A stretch of 63,690 nucleotides of DNA, counting the filler, from Collodictyon triciliatum (lineage: Eukaryota): the NCBI GenBank assembly GCA_043381765.1. It is 7 parts of 7 records of this genome, joined end to end, with 100 filler letters (N's around TTAATTAATTAA, not from the genome) between each part and the next. Parts side by side here need not be neighbours in the genome. Positions count along the whole stretch, not along the records: positions 24,685 to 33,951 come from JBHJMP010000563.1; positions 34,052 to 46,994 come from JBHJMP010000564.1; 5 more parts are not named here. One strand, given 5' to 3'. The first letter of the stretch is position 1. Each line of letters starts with the position of its first letter. Of the stretch, positions 24,924 to 47,094 are shown one piece after another. Under the pieces are notes generated by a model that was not told where the DNA came from, made no database searches, and saw nothing but the letters and a program-made list of their open reading frames with translations. A program made the translations under genes and the position numbers.

Positions 24924-27306
24924 CTTGAGTTGCTCCTCTACCGACAGTCGAGACACAGCAGTTTCTTCGGCTTTTTGTTTCGCTATGTTCATTTTTACCT
25001 CTGCCTTTTCANNNNNNNNNNNNNNNNNNNNNNNNNNNNNNNNNNNNNNNNNNNNNNNNNNNNNNNNNNNNNNNNNNNNNNNNNNNNNNNNNNNNNNNNN
25101 NNNNNNNNNNNNNNNNNNNNNNNNNNNNNNNNNNNNNNNNNNNNNNNNNNNNNNNNNNNNNNNNNNNNNNNNNNNNNNNNNNNNNNNNNNNNNNNNNNNN
25201 NNNNNNNNNNNNNNNNNNNNNNNNNNNNNNNNNNNNNNNNNNNNNNNNNNNNNNNNNNNNNNNNNNNNNNNNNNNNNNNNNNNNNNNNNNNNNNNNNNNN
25301 NNNNNNNNNNNNNNNNNNNNNNNNNNNNNNNNNNNNNNNNNNNNNNNNNNNNNNNNNNNNNNNNNNNNNNNNNNNNNNNNNNNNNNNNNNNNNNNNNNNN
25401 NNNNNNNNNNNNNNNNNNNNNNNNNNNNNNNNNNNNNNNNNNNNNNNNNNNNNNNNNNNNNNNNNNNNNNNNNNNNNNNNNNNNNNNNNNNNNNNNNNNN
25501 NNNNNNNNNNNNNNNNNNNNNNNNNNNNNNNNNNNNNNNNNNNNNNNNNNNNNNNNNNNNNNNNNNNNNNNNNNNNNNNNNNNNNNNNNNNNNNNNNNNN
25601 NNNNNNNNNNNNNNNNNNNNAAGTACATATGAATATGTACCTTCTCTTTCCTTTGTTCCGTTTTCTGCCACTTTGATGCGCTGCTTAGCAAACTTAAGTT
25701 GCTCAGTTAATTCCCTTATTGACTATTGGAAGTATTTTCTTATTTTAAAGAACCATTCTTGCAAGAGTTGAAAGATATAATAATTCAAAACTAATATTGA
25801 ACGATATCAAACCTTTTTGTACTCTTCAATAGCACTCAACAGCTCCTTTGGTTGCTTTCCACCAAGTTCTTCTTCATACAACCTAATTCTCTCCATCGCT
25901 TTGCCTAGCTTAATTTTGTGCTTTTCAAGAGCTTTCTGGCTTTGTTCATTATGCGTTGAAAGGGCTTCTTGCAATTCTGTATTTTCGGCCTTGAATTCTT
26001 TCAGCTATGTTGCGTTAGTCAGTGATAGCTATGCGTCAAAATGAAACATGACTGCGACAAAAATAAATAAATAGAAAGCCACAAATAGAATGGAACTTAT
26101 ATAATTTAATGCCTAAAATAATGCTCAAATAGGATGCAAGTGGTCAAGTTGAGATTTGATAATAATTAAAAAATCTGAGAAAAAAATGCACATGTTCAAG
26201 TTTGAACTAAAATGAATTGCACAGCAAATAAACCACGGTAAGTAATAAGATGATGACATACCTTGGAACGATATTCCTGAATTTTCATTTGAAGGTGCTG
26301 AGTCTGCTGCTCCGCCTCTTGCATTTTATCATTCAAGTCGGATATCATAGTTTGTTCTGGCTTAGACTCTAGCAGTTTCCTCAGCCGAATGGTCTAAGGA
26401 GTCGCATAATTCAAAGAGAGAGAGAACGAGTATTATACTTTATCTTTAAGATAAATAAATAAACATGATTATTTTTTCAGACATGCAATCCATGCGGAAA
26501 AATGAAAAAATCGGAGCTAAATTATAATGCCTTGAATCGGATAAATAGATGGAAAAAAAAAAGGAGTTATTGACAACCTCCATATAATAAGCCTGTGCAT
26601 CTGTTTCTAACTCTGTGAACTTTGTGAGCTTGGAGTCTGTCTTAAGCTTCTCGATCTTCTCTCGTTGAGAAAGAATAATCTGTTTCAAACTTTTTATCTC
26701 AAACTTCAGTGCAGCCAACTAAATGATATTTTTACCTGATATGAGTTCAAAGCGCTACACAAATCACAAGTTCCAAAACATGTTTGTGAATGGGCAGAAT
26801 CGATGATCATTCAATTTTCTCAAGAAAAAGAAAAGTATTTCATTAAAAGAGTTAAATAGACAAGATTACTTGAGAATCCCCTTTTGCACCAGAGATAGTA
26901 CCAGAAATATCCATCTCACCCTAGCAGGTGAAAACAATGAAAATTCCGGGGAAATTAAGCAGAAAGATATATTGAATTCACTTTGCATGATGCTATACAT
27001 ACTAAGTAATCGAAAGTCTAGTATAAGAATAATTTCGTGAAATATTTAAGATACCCTAGCAATCATGACATTCTCCAGCAGAGATTCTTTTTGTTGTAAG
27101 GTTTGCTCTGACCTCCTTAGTTGGGCTTTGAGACTCTTTTGGGAATTCAAGGCCTATTATGTTTCAATTTTTAATGATTTTCTTCAATGAGCTACGTATA
27201 ATATGTTGGGTAGTATTACTTTTTTAGGTATTAAATACATGCGCACATATGGGCAGGACGAATAAAATAATATAACTAAAGCATCTTTAAATTCTGAACT
27301 GTTGCT

Positions 27307-27400
<94 letters not shown>

Positions 27401-29287
27401 ACCTCCTCCAGTTGCTTTTTTATTCTGATGTTTTCTTCAAGGAGAGTCTCCACGTCATAAAAGTTCGACTCAGATTTTCCGGGTGTAGTTTTATATTGAC
27501 CTTAGGAAGAGAAAAGTATTAAGCTTACTTAAAAAAAAAATACCAAATAAAATATTTGTAAAAATAAAAAGGAAATAACCATTTTCTGCCGAGTAACTTT
27601 TTGGTTTCTTGGACAAAGACAGAGATATTGGTGTTTTTCCATAAGCAGAAGCTACATGCATTAGTTTGATAATATATCACCGGTTTAATACATATGTAAT
27701 TTGTATTTTTTTTCTAATTTATTTATTTATTTACGATAAACCTGGATATTTCATGGACGTTGTGTGTTGTGTCATCTTTCTTAGTATCATTTAAAGCAGA
27801 TCCTTACTTGCGATGTTTTCTATGAAAGCCTGACGAGGTGCTTGCTTAGATTCACAGGTGAACTTGAGACGAATCGTTAAGTCGCCTGTCACTGGTTCAG
27901 AGTGTGCTTTCTCCATATTTCTATATGTATATATATTGTTAATTGTTTTGATTAGATTTTTTCAAAAATGTCTCAACTTTCCAAATTATATATACAAATG
28001 AGTATACAAATATATGTAAAAATAAAAATAAATAAATAGGTAAATAGGTAACATAGTTTGTTTGCGACCTTGGCTGAAGTTTTTTGGTCACTTGTATTTC
28101 TTTGTTGGAGGGTAGAGGGGCTAGTGGTAGATTTATCTGTGTTTGATTAATTTATTATTCTTCCTTTAAATACATATTTTAATATGACAATTACTAACCA
28201 ATAAATGTAATCAAATAATCAAATAATTAATTAAAAATTGGTCTTAAAATTAAAGCATGCGATGACATTGTGATGATATTTGTGTATTTAAGCCATACAT
28301 GACCGAGAAATCCAGGCTTGGACCTTTTTTCGTCGTCCCAGACAGTCACTTTAAGCATCTGGCGACGGTCGATATCCTCGCTTGGTGGAAGGAATACAAT
28401 TTCATGATTATATATAATAAATGCAAATATCATAAACAATAATAAATTTATACATCATAGATGTTGAAAAGTAATTATAGATAAATTGTGCTTCCGTTGA
28501 CATTGTTATATTAACAGGCATTACAATTTCTTTGAATCGAATAAAGGAAAAAAAAACAGGCATTACAATTTAAACTTTTCTCTCCAATTAGGAGCAAGGG
28601 CTTTTGGCAAAGTTCTGGTGCGACACTCATGCAATCCCCCTACTGTGAGTGACACATAAGCATCTGCACTCCCTGCGTAACAAAATGATGTAAGCGTGCA
28701 ATTATTTGTAAATTATGCATGTTATATGAAACTATTGATGATTCAGCTTGAAAAAAGAAAGAAATAAGAATTCTATGAGTGTTTTTTTTTTATATTCAAA
28801 GTAAACCCCAAAGATCTCTTTTGATTAGATTTCGGGCTTCGCAAACTGGTATCAAGATGTAAATCAAAATTAGTATTAGCATTCAAGGCATGGATTGAAA
28901 TAAATGAAAGAATTTGAAAGTAATATTGAAAAACAGACTGAAAACATGAGTGTAATGTTTGTAGAGATTGGATAAATTTCGGTAAGAAATTTATATAAGG
29001 CTTCAGGAAATTACCTTCAACTTGCAGAGTTCCTCTCAAACTCTGAAATTACGTATGTTGAGTATGGCATTCATGGTATGGTTCATCATGTTACGATCTT
29101 AGTAATAAAAAATAAAAATAAAAAAGGCAATAAATTTTAAAAAAAACTGAGAACTATTGAAAGCTACCAGATCCTCGGATTGATCCCCAAGTTCCGTTGG
29201 CTCTTCGTAATTGCTCTCCGGTGCCTGATTGGGACCGCTGTCCATCTAATATAAGGTTAGATAAAAATATGATGAATAAATCGTGGA

Positions 29288-29368
<81 letters not shown>

Positions 29369-32300
29369 AGCCGTGAAGTTGATGAAATTGATATTAATAG
29401 ATGATTTTAGACACTAATATTTTGAAGACCTCATCAGCAATAAACATTATATCAAGTTCAATTCCACCACGAATGTCTTTGTCTTGATAGTTCCGGGGTA
29501 GGAGCTTATACCTAGCAGAATATATAAAGTGTAATAGAACACCAAGATACCAAGTGAAAAGAGGACATGTATGAATAAACTTCTCAGATTCAGCCACCAG
29601 AATCACATCAATAGAATCGGCAACAAGGTGAATTAGAATAAACTGAAAGGTTACCAGCGGCGAATTCCGTCACCGTCAGTGAAAGTATTCAAGGCGACAG
29701 AAAATTGCCCCATAAAGTCAGCACCCACAGGGTCGCTATCCCAACATGAGACATTTAACTCTGATGTCCGGATATCGGAAACTTGGCTTTGTATATTTTG
29801 TCATCAATTAACTGTTTGCATAGACCGAACAAAATACGCTTTGATGATACATAAGTTAAAATAAAACGAAATAAATAAGACATAATAAGAATGTAAGTGC
29901 TGTATTCGCATCCAAATGGATGGCCTATTACATGCAAAACATACAAATTGAATGCTTCGTTCCACTGGGGATTAAGATTATTATCTATTATTTTCGTTTG
30001 ATATTCTTGGCCATTCATAGCCAGCTTCAAGAACGGGTCGCTTGCTCCTGAAATTTTGAAAATTGGATTTCTACTGAGCAAAGTTTCGAGTTCATGACTC
30101 AAAGTTATAAGTTTACATATTCATTTTTATTTTAAATTCGGAGAGGAGAAGGGTAACAATTTACATGAGAGGATAATTCATGTGGTAGAAATATTAATGA
30201 GGAGACACTTTACGCACTCATGAAAAAAATAATACCAGTAATATCTCTAACCGATAGATCTCTTCCTTGTATGGCTTTAATGGCATATCATTTAATGATT
30301 GGGAATTGACGATATGCGATGCGGGGCAAAGATAAGATTAATGGGAATTAAAAATGCAATCTAAGCTAAATACAACTACCAGTTTAAAAAAAGCCACTCA
30401 TTTAGACATGTTAAAAAAAATACCATTGACACGCAATTTTCCTTTGAAGCTTGGTATCTTTGAAGATGAATTGTGATATTACGACGATTTTGAAGATTTA
30501 ATTTTTGAAAATTGATTAATTCCCCAATAAACGATATTAGACATCACAAATATGTCTGCCATGAAAGGATACCTTTTTTCTTTCTGGTTTCTTTTTTGAT
30601 TCAGCAGGGTGAATTGACTAGAATTTTTTTGTATTTAAGTAGACAGAAGAAGAAAAAAACTACTCGGTATATAAATTAAGAACTCATGTGCTATTATAAT
30701 GAATGTGCTAAGAGGGAATACCACTGATTTCTTTTTCTTTCCTAAGTTGACCACTGATTCTGCAGGTAAATCTTCGTCATCGCTAAGCTGGAAAGGTTGT
30801 TGAAGTTTCTTTTGTCTTTGGTCAGATAATACATCATAGACACCCTGATATAGTTTGGTTAAACTGAATTTGATTGAACTCTTGGCTGAAGAAAATAAAG
30901 AAATAGAAATAGAAATAGAAATAGAAATAGAAATAGAGATAGAGATAGAGATAGAGATAGAGATAGAGATAGAGATAGAGATAGAGATAGAGATAGAGAT
31001 AGNNNNNNNNNNNNNNNNNNNNNNNNNNNNNNNNNNNNNNNNNNNNNNNNNNNNNNNNNNNNNNNNNNNNNNNNNNNNNNNNNNNNNNNNNNNNNNNNNN
31101 NNGATAGAGATAGAGATAGAGATAGAGATAGAGATAGAGATAGAGATAGAGATAGAGATAGAGATAGAGATAGAGATAGAGATAGAGATAGAGATAGAGA
31201 TTGAGATAGAGATAGAGATAGAGATAGAGATAGAGGTAGAGATAGAGATAGAGATAGAGGTAGAGATAGAGAATGGCATAAATGATTTAGGAAAAGCTTT
31301 GAACTATTTTTTTTGGTTTTCTTTGAAATAAGTGATTCGTGAATCATAAAACAGTAACTATTCTTTAAAAACATTTTGCATACACTTTGGTCAATATTGT
31401 CGTCAGGAATGAAAGTAAGCTTTATGCCGATGCGAACTTGGCTGGATTCCTCGTCTACATCTGCTTTAGTCATATTGTACTTATTTTGGACCTAAATAAC
31501 ACCAGCATATCACACAATCGGTTTATCAAAGGCTCTGCCGTAACAACACCAGTAACAATAAAATTAGAAGAAACAACAATAAAAAAAAATAAAAAATAAA
31601 AGAAACATATCAATATATCGACATAAATTATGATTTGAATCAAAATTCTTCCAACAATAGAAAAAATAACCATTTCGAAAGGCTCGAGTGTCCCCATGTG
31701 AACTCTTGTGTATGCCACTACCGTGTCTGGGCCAATATTTCGGTCAATTATCATTATCATAAGTTCTTCATTAATGTTACCTACAGATCTTTAAAATAGG
31801 AGGGACGGATACCGATGAAAATTTTTCGTTTCTCAGTAAAATATGTATATATAAATAAAAATATGTTAAAATGTATGACTCTTATTTTTCAAATAATTTG
31901 ATATCAATTCATAGTAGAATTCTTCTTACAATTCTATGGTCTCATTCCACATCAAACGCTTTGGATCAACTTTTGTTTTGGTATAAATTTTCTGATCTTG
32001 GTAAAGAAAGCAACATGTATACTTCGGCTGATCTGTTATAAATTAAAAAAATAAAAAAAAACGAGAAAAGATACTATCTAATACATTCAACCAAAAAAAT
32101 AGATGTGACACCTAGATTTTTTGGTTGTATAGAAAATTACTTACCAAAAGGGTCTTTTGTAGCTAATCCCTCTGCATTCAAAACTAAAAATAGTAAATAT
32201 GAAAATAAATTGTTTTACATCTCCGTATTCGACGGTGCCATGTCTAAAAAAGAAAAAAGAATAGATAGATAGCCAATCACCAGACAGATCGATATTCAAA

Positions 32301-33803
32301 TATTTTCAAAAAACCTTCAATTATGATTTTTCCCGAAGTATTCAATTTTTCGAAAACAGGATTCGATTGAGGATAAAATGTGATTGTGGCCTGAATTTCT
32401 CCTAGTTTTTCTGGTTTGGTTTGTTTGCTTCCCTAAATATCAGACATATAGTGATTTTGGTTTGCATACAGTATATGCTCGAAATTAAATATATCCACAA
32501 ATCTGATTAAAATTACGTAAATAGTTGAGATAAAATGGAAAGATGAGGTATGAAAAGAAAATCAGGAATACCGAGAAATAGCTCGATCCTTAAATTGAGT
32601 TTAAGAATGTATTAATGCTAATTACCAACAAAGGAAACCAATCTGATATTGGTATTTCATCGAAAATGTGACTTTGGGGAATTTCGATTACCCCCGGTAT
32701 TGGTTTATCTCCGAAGAGAGATTTTGCAAAACATTGAATTACGAGCGGATCTGTTCGATTTTCCAAAGGGCTGATGTATGATTTTTGGAATAAAATATAA
32801 TATTTTTAGGGAATTATGTCCTCCCGTATATCAGTGGGATATAAATATAAAAAAAAACTAATTATGAAAGTCCTAATAATATGATTATTTCGAAATGTAC
32901 TTGTAATGAATGAATATTTGAAACGCACAATTGGAAGTGACTTTCCCAGTTCATCAGGGGAGCCACACGTATGGTTTTAGTGGAGCGATGCTGATTTCCT
33001 ACCGTGACTCGACATGAGACTTCCTTGGCGTCTGAAAAAAAGGAGTCAATTTTAAGTCATCATTGCAATTAATATAATAATAGAATTCCTCCTCGTATAT
33101 TTAACATACCAGTGGCAAGTTCTTTTCCTTGGTGAACTTCAATACAATAATTTTTAGTATCAAACGACTTGGAGAAACTGAAACACGAAAGTTTTACTGA
33201 CTATAAAGCAGTGTGTATGTTACGAGAAATTAAAGATGATTTATCTACGTGTAACGTGCAGAGTCCCCTGTTCGTATGTATTATATAATTATTCAAGGAA
33301 ACGAAATAAACTGGAAATTATATATTTTAAAGTAATATTCAACATTAATATACTCACAAGACGATTAAAAAATGTACGACGATAAAAGGTAAAACAAGGA
33401 CTCACATCTTCGGAGAAGTTTCCTTGGTGATTTTTGGAGAGCAGTACAGCTTTCATATCAGGTTTGAATTGTATAGCCATCTGCAAATCCCCGCTAATTT
33501 TGTCGCTTGGATTTCTCTTCTGAAGGGTGAACCAGTTCGTCATTTCAAGGCCGTCTCTAAGGCGAATAAAAAAATTCAGACGAATTTGAACACTATAAGT
33601 GATTATTTTAAACAATAAAGAGATCTTTAATTCGTTTCAAATCAAACAAAACGATTTTTAAATAGTGTTCAGAAGATGAACGATTTGGTTCATACTTTAT
33701 ATCACTCATCTTGATTTTGACTTCTCCCATGAACTCAGGAGAGGACATAAAATCTTCATCCCAGACTGATACGATTAACTCCTGAGAATTATCTTGAACT
33801 TTT
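24924..33803 (-). CDS. Multi-C2 (>=5 domains) protein with C-terminal IQCE-like coiled coil; partial at both ends
   Basis: C2 motifs: [134 protein letters not shown]. Downstream [23 protein letters not shown] and [47 protein letters not shown] resemble the conserved IQCE coiled coil. Confidence 0.75.
29291..29366. repeat. Long poly(A) homopolymer in a C2-gene intron
   Basis: Directly visible. Confidence 0.95.
30900..31270. repeat. (AGAGAT)n microsatellite spanning a gap
   Basis: Directly visible. Confidence 0.95.
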
Positions 33804-33852
33804 CTGTTCGGAGGTTTTACAGAGGGGTTTTTGATCAATAAAGCGGTATTCC

Positions 33853-33951
<99 letters not shown>

Positions 33952-35468
33952 NNNNNNNNNNNNNNNNNNNNNNNNNNNNNNNNNNNNNNNNNNNNTTAAT
34001 TAATTAANNNNNNNNNNNNNNNNNNNNNNNNNNNNNNNNNNNNNNNNNNNNTTTCTTTTTCTTTTTCTTTTTCTTTTTCTTTTTCTTTTTCTTTTTCTTT
34101 TTCTTTTTCTTTTTCTTTTTCTTTTTCTTTTTCTTTTTCTTTTCTTTTTTTTATCTTTTCTTTTTTTATCTTTTCTTTTTTTATCTTTTCTTTTTGGTGC
34201 AAGGAATTATGTAGTAAATCGAAGCTTTTCAGGATATCGTGAAGGGAAAATAACACTGGCTTTGAAGTGATTTCAAGGGTTTAGATTGGTCAAAACAAAA
34301 AAAAAAATCATGCAGAAGAGGAAAAGGAAGGGCTTTTGCGTGCAAATATGGTATGAGCGCACGAACGCACACGCGGTGGAGAAAAAAATGGACTTCCTAT
34401 ATATGTTTGACTAGCGCGTTGAAAACAAGTGATCGGAGATTCCGGCGTTTGTGCAAAGGGAAAGAGAAGAAAAGAGAAGAGAAGAAAAGAAAAGAAAACA
34501 GACGCAGACAAGAGAATTGAAAGAAAGAGAATCAAGCCAGAGGACATGCTTGCCTTGCACGCTCCTATTAGGAAAGGCTGCCAAACACCCAACATTCAAT
34601 ACGCGAAAAGACCGCACACGAGCGGCCTTAGTATTGAGGACGAGCTGTGGATTCAATATGCACAGAGGCCATTGCGCGTCTCAGTCTTCTCTCTTCATCA
34701 TTCACACCCAAGCAGCTTCCACAGTTCACTCCTTTTCGTGAGTCTTTGCCTCAATGAGGCCGCCCAATCATGTGTTTGCGCTTTCAGAGCGGAGCAGACA
34801 TCGGCTGCCGACGCAAATCAAATGGTGATTCTCTTCTGATTGACACGCTCGATTCTTTGATAACCGAACCAAAAAAAAAAAAGGCAAAGTGGCGGTTGCA
34901 AAATCATTCCATCATTTAGTCCTGAATAGGAAATAACGGCAATGAGTTAAAAGCACGAATGCGGATGCAGTAACGGGCGAGATGATAATTGCTGGGAGCT
35001 AGATAAGGAAAGTGCACATATATTTTGTCATATTTTAATGCCATATTTGGCATATTTATTGATAAAAATCATACATTAGTGAATTAACAATGTATATAAT
35101 ATAAATTCCACATTAAAATATCTATATTTTTCTGACCCGGATTTATTTCCCAGTGCGCGCAACCCACAGGATCAGGATGCTTTGGCATGACTCCACCAAT
35201 CAACCGCCCCACAACACAGATCAAAACTCAACGCCACCTGCTTCGCATAATCCTACTTTTTTTATATTTTTTAATTACTTTAATTACTTTAACTTTTTTT
35301 TTTATTTATCGTTATCCATTTTTTTCTCACTGGAAAGCCCAGAAACATATCCTGGGATGCTACTTGAGACCCAGCCATAAACCTTTTGATCCTGTTGCTT
35401 TGGCCTGTGGCCTCTGTTTAACTCCCCCGTCTTCCCAGGATATCAACGCGGCCGACCAAGCACCAAGA

Positions 35469-44010
<8,542 letters not shown>

Positions 44011-44418
44011 AGAATCCGGTGTTACACTCCACCGCATTCGATATTTTCTTACTTTGAAGGATACGAGCGAATAAAAAAACAAACAAAAATGGTATCCGTG
44101 GCTAATGAGCTATTGTAGTAGGCAACAACAGCAGTGTTCAGAAAGACAACAATGAAAATCAAAAAATGGCATCTGGATACTTTCCAAACTTTAAAACACC
44201 GCAGACACTCTGCCTTTTATCAGAGTGGGGGCAACTAATGCTTCTTTTTTCTTCTTATCCTTTCTTTTCTCTCCTTAACCCGTGTTTATTCCTGATTGAG
44301 CAGTCATGCGAGCATGCAGAGGAAGCCGATGCTTTTGTGAAGCAGAGAGCAAATGAAAATCTGTCGTGTTGCAGAATGAGCGAGAGGAGAAAAAGAAAAA
44401 GGCCATCTATCCAGACAT

Positions 44419-46744
44419 CTAGAGCTTCGGCTGGGGTCTGTTGAGGAGAGCGATGAGATTCTTATGCTCGGGCAGAACCGTGCCCTGGTTCATGGGCTCC
44501 TTTTTGACCCACTCGAGGAGCCCTTCGTAGGGACGCCCCTCTGAATTGCCAAGAACAGAGAGCAAACGGAAGTTGGGGATGGAAAATCCGTCCACGAGTG
44601 CAACTGCTTCGGGGCGAAGCTTTGCGAACAAATCGAGTAGTGTTTGGCGTATGAGCTCCATGTGGCTGGCTTGAAAATATCCGCTCTCCAGCCAGTCTCC
44701 TGCTCCCTAGTGATGAAAGATGATTAAAGTGCAGATAGAGCTATGTTCCATCGTACTTGCTTCAAGTCTTTTTCGAGATGTAAATTGGGATAAAGATTTG
44801 CAGCTCAAGTGGAATCATGCACATTTTGATTTTTTTTTTGAGTCATAACATTGATAGAAAAAAATTATTATTATTATTATTATTATTATTTTACTGAACC
44901 TTAATGATGTGGAACAATGCAAATATGTCTGTCAAGAGCTTGAACGCAGGTGCCAGTCTTGCGTTAATCTATTCATTACTTAAAAATTAAGCAACATACA
45001 ATTTGGGCTTACACTAAACAAGGCAAAGGAAATCTTTGGATGGCTTTTAGTAAAAAAAAAAATAAAAAAAAATTGCTGTTAAAGGTCATGAGTGAGTATT
45101 TTTTTTTCCCCACCCTTCCTTGTAAAACAAACCTTGGCTGTTTCAACAGAGCTGACCAACAGGATAGAGAGGCAGTGAGCGTTCGTGATATTGTGGGCGT
45201 CCATCTGAACGCGATTCCAACCAGCAACAGAGTCAGATTGTTGCATCAAAACAGACCCAGTTCGTTGCAACAAGAAGGCCACGCGATGATGGAAGGTTTT
45301 GATCTGTGTAACGTATGTTTCAAGCAGAGTGAGTTGCTTTATACTTGTGAGACGGTAAGGAGCACAATGAACTTGCCTGCCAATCCGGATTCAGGATGTC
45401 GTCCTTTGTTAGACCTGAAACACGGAGACCCAGCAGCTGTGGTGCTTGGGCGATGTAGGCTATCATACTACCAGGTGCAGTAGGCGAGGGCTTTCCTTGG
45501 ATAGATTTGCCAAACTCTTTCAACAAGAAACTACCGATTAAATGAAATATGATTCGGTATCAGAACACATAGGTTCTTTGCATACAATGCCAAGATATGA
45601 GTTGTTTGAGGTGGTTTGAGAAAGCGTGAGAATCATGGAGCCTTTCGGTGTACTTGACCTTGTTGGGCCTGTGCTGCTTACCGGGATGTTTGTTGGGAAA
45701 TCATATAATTGTCTCCTTCTGCAGTTGTTGTATGGACGTAATCAACAAACAGTTCCCCAAGCCCTGATGCCAACGAGTATCCGTGGCCTCCACAGCACTT
45801 ACGGCATTCCTCAATACCGTCTGATGCCAGACCCGTGCACAAACTTTTGAGGCCAGATAGATTGACATGCATTTCATTCAATATGGGGACGACATTCGGA
45901 TCATTTGGGTCGCGCTAATGTTGATTACACGATCTCAATGTGCTGATCGAAGAGTTTTAAAATTTATCTTCAAAATATTTCAAAATGATTATTAAAGCGG
46001 GCAGAAAACCTTCAAATCTTCGTTGAGCTTGTTGAACAATGCCTGGAATTTGCTACCAGTAAAAAACAGGACGTAGGTCGTCGCCAGAAGAGGGAACAAG
46101 CGGTATTGTTGAGTTCCGTAATTCAGGACAGACACTTCATCCTCACCGTCCTAATTTTATTTGATTATAATGACATGTACTCACTTTTATTCTCTATCTT
46201 TTCAAATAGTTTGTTTTAAATAATAGAAAGTATAACAGCGGGCAAAAAAAAGAAAAAAAATGATACCGGAACTACGAAACACTGGCAACACTTTATCCAG
46301 AAAAAAAATGCATACATATATAAATATGTAAACCCGACAATAAATGACGAAACATGCGCGAGAATATCGAGGGCACACCATTTATACCTTAGCAGAGAAC
46401 TGTTTGCGAACGGCCGAGTAACGAATAGCAACAGTGGTAGAGCGTGCGAGTACATAGAACGCACTGGCAACCATATCAGAACGAATGGCAGTCATTGTCA
46501 GATATGCTAATTTGTCCACTTTGGCCCTAGTGTATGTTCCATCCTTTTCGACCCTTTTGTTGTCATTAGGTAAATGTTGGTCAGTACTCAAAGAGTGGAA
46601 GGAGAAAAAGAAGAAAAAGAAAGAAGACGACATCTAATGTTGAAATGAAGAAAGGTGGATGTTATATTTTCTTTACTTGGCAACTTTCATCAACATGTTT
46701 GTCCGAGGGATTCGATAGTTATTGAACCTCAGGAAACCATTGTC
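44419..46744 (-). CDS. ACOX: Peroxisomal acyl-CoA oxidase, C-terminal portion (5' end lost at scaffold edge)
   Basis: DNGFLRFNNYRIPRTNML, TVAIRYSAVRKQF, LNYGTQQYRLFPLLA, GIEECRKCCGGHGYS, TAEGDNYMISQQTSR, LRPEAVALVDGF..SVLGNSEGRPYE. Ends in PKL*. Confidence 0.95.
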
Positions 46745-47094
46745 CTATGGACAAAGAGAGACATTTATAAACTAAAAAGCTACTGTACTATCGATAAAGC
46801 GGATTTCTTTAAGATTAGACAAAAATCAAGATAGTCATGTTATTTTTCAGACAAAACGAGAAAAAGAGAAAAAGAGAAAAAGAGAAGAAGAGAAGAAGAA
46901 AAGAAGAAAAGAAGAAAAGAAAAGAAGAAAAGAAAAGAAGAAAAGAAAAGAAGAAAAGAAAAGAAAAGAAAAGAAAAAAAGAAAAGAGAAAAAANNNNNN
47001 NNNNNNNNNNNNNNNNNNNNNNNNNNNNNNNNNNNNNNTTAATTAATTAANNNNNNNNNNNNNNNNNNNNNNNNNNNNNNNNNNNNNNNNNNNN

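Noticed and set aside
33100-33270. Apparent non-AG acceptor in the second C2 repeat
   Set aside because: Resolved by a 19-nt micro-exon and a canonical GAAG acceptor giving GTLHVTLHQGKEL.
34276-34284. CTAAACCCT (minus strand), identical to a plant-type telomerase RNA template
   Set aside because: A single 9-mer with no supporting promoter or pseudoknot seen; compatible with chance.
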